From the NCBI GenBank assembly GCA_016719395.1, contig JADJZF010000003.1, forward strand, positions 303,391-327,390: a stretch of DNA of 24,000 bases. Reading direction: 5' to 3'. Position 1 is the stretch's first letter; each line of letters begins with the position of its first letter. Positions 23,413 through 24,000 of this stretch are shown one piece after another. The stretch comes from Candidatus Amarobacter glycogenicus. GTDB lineage: Bacteria; Chloroflexota; Dehalococcoidia; Tepidiformales; Tepidiformaceae. The translations under genes and the position numbers were made by a program. The notes beneath the pieces are model-generated. The model was not told the DNA's origin and did not search any database. It saw only the letters and a list, made by a program, of their open reading frames with translations.

Positions 23413-24000
23413 ATGACCGCTGCACTGGGCGAACGAGTGGGGACCGGCCGAAACGCCGAGGTGTTCCGCTACGCCGAATCCGACGTAATCAAGCTGCTCC
23501 GTGACGTTGGCCCGGCAGCCGGCCTCGAACGCGAAGCGGCATCACAGCGGGCCGCCACCGAAGCCGGTGTCCGGGCGCCCATCGTGCGAGGGATCGAAGT
23601 CCTCGACGGCCGGCCGGGGCTGGTCATGTCGGAACTTCAAGGCCCCGACTGCCTGACCGCCGTCGAGCGCCGGCCGTGGCGCGTCTGGGCCATCGGCCGC
23701 GGGGTCGGGAGGCTCCATCGCGAGCTGGCGGCGGTGAAGGCGCCGGCCGAATTGCCGCGGCTGGTCGACATCCTCCGGCACGCCTTCGAATCGCCGAAGG
23801 TTCCCGAGGCGGCAAGGTCGCGGCTCCTCGCCATTCTCGAAACGCTCCCGGAGGGTGACGCCCTCTGTCACTTCGATTTCCACCCGGGGAATGTCATCGA
23901 AGCACCTGGCGGCGATGCCGTCATCGACTTCGCGAGCGCCTGCGCGGGCGATCCGATCGCAGACCACGCGAAGTCCCTGGTGATACTCGGGAGTGGCACG
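23413..24000 (+). CDS. aminoglycoside/choline-kinase-type phosphotransferase (APH family), 3' end outside window
   Basis: The ATG at 23413 follows GAGGTGA, and the frame stays open to the window end. Catalytic-loop motif CHFDFHPGNV, followed by VIDF. Confidence 0.7.
   Translation, partial: MTAALGERVGTGRNAEVFRYAESDVIKLLRDVGPAAGLEREAASQRAATEAGVRAPIVRGIEVLDGRPGLVMSELQGPDCLTAVERRPWRVWAIGRGVGRLHRELAAVKAPAELPRLVDILRHAFESPKVPEAARSRLLAILETLPEGDALCHFDFHPGNVIEAPGGDAVIDFASACAGDPIADHAKSLVILGSGT

Noticed and set aside
1-24000. Whole window, or the SOS locus, as a mobile element or prophage
   Set aside because: There is no integrase, transposase, terminal repeats or phage genes. Apart from vapBC, the content is chromosomal housekeeping.

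Overview
GC-rich bacterial chromosomal window with about 24 protein genes. I saw no rRNA, tRNA, CRISPR array, transposase or integrase. The left two thirds is housekeeping and metabolism. It holds a 5'-truncated crotonase, a DHA2-type MFS exporter, rplS, dut, a Phd/YefM-VapC toxin-antitoxin pair, the F420 genes cofE and npdG, ftsH, rplU-rpmA-rpmE, a four-gene CUT1-type ABC importer operon and a DUF1385 protein. The right third (about 14.6-23.3 kb) is a DNA-damage locus. Two near-identical modules, each a Cheo-type LexA box (GAAC-N4-GTTC) fused directly to a TATACT -10 hexamer, sit immediately upstream of two genes. The first is a catalytically dead Y-family polymerase (imuB-like) whose C-terminal domain lies in a different reading frame. 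It is followed on the same strand by a full-length heliorhodopsin and a class-I aminotransferase. The second, convergent, is an error-prone DnaE2/ImuC polymerase interrupted by a 1-nt frameshift. No imuA or imuA' is present, and a Tag-like glycosylase lies just beyond. The most interesting candidate system is the heliorhodopsin embedded in an apparently SOS-controlled translesion 'mutasome' cluster. I am not aware that this link has been described. Both mutasome genes also carry single-base frame breaks and in-frame insertions of a related GC-rich palindromic element. Gene content (F420 genes, heliorhodopsin, GAAC-N4-GTTC boxes, near-leaderless starts) suggests a high-GC monoderm lineage such as Chloroflexota or Actinomycetota. 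That is inference only. All homology calls come from reading the translations by eye and need HMM or BLAST confirmation.
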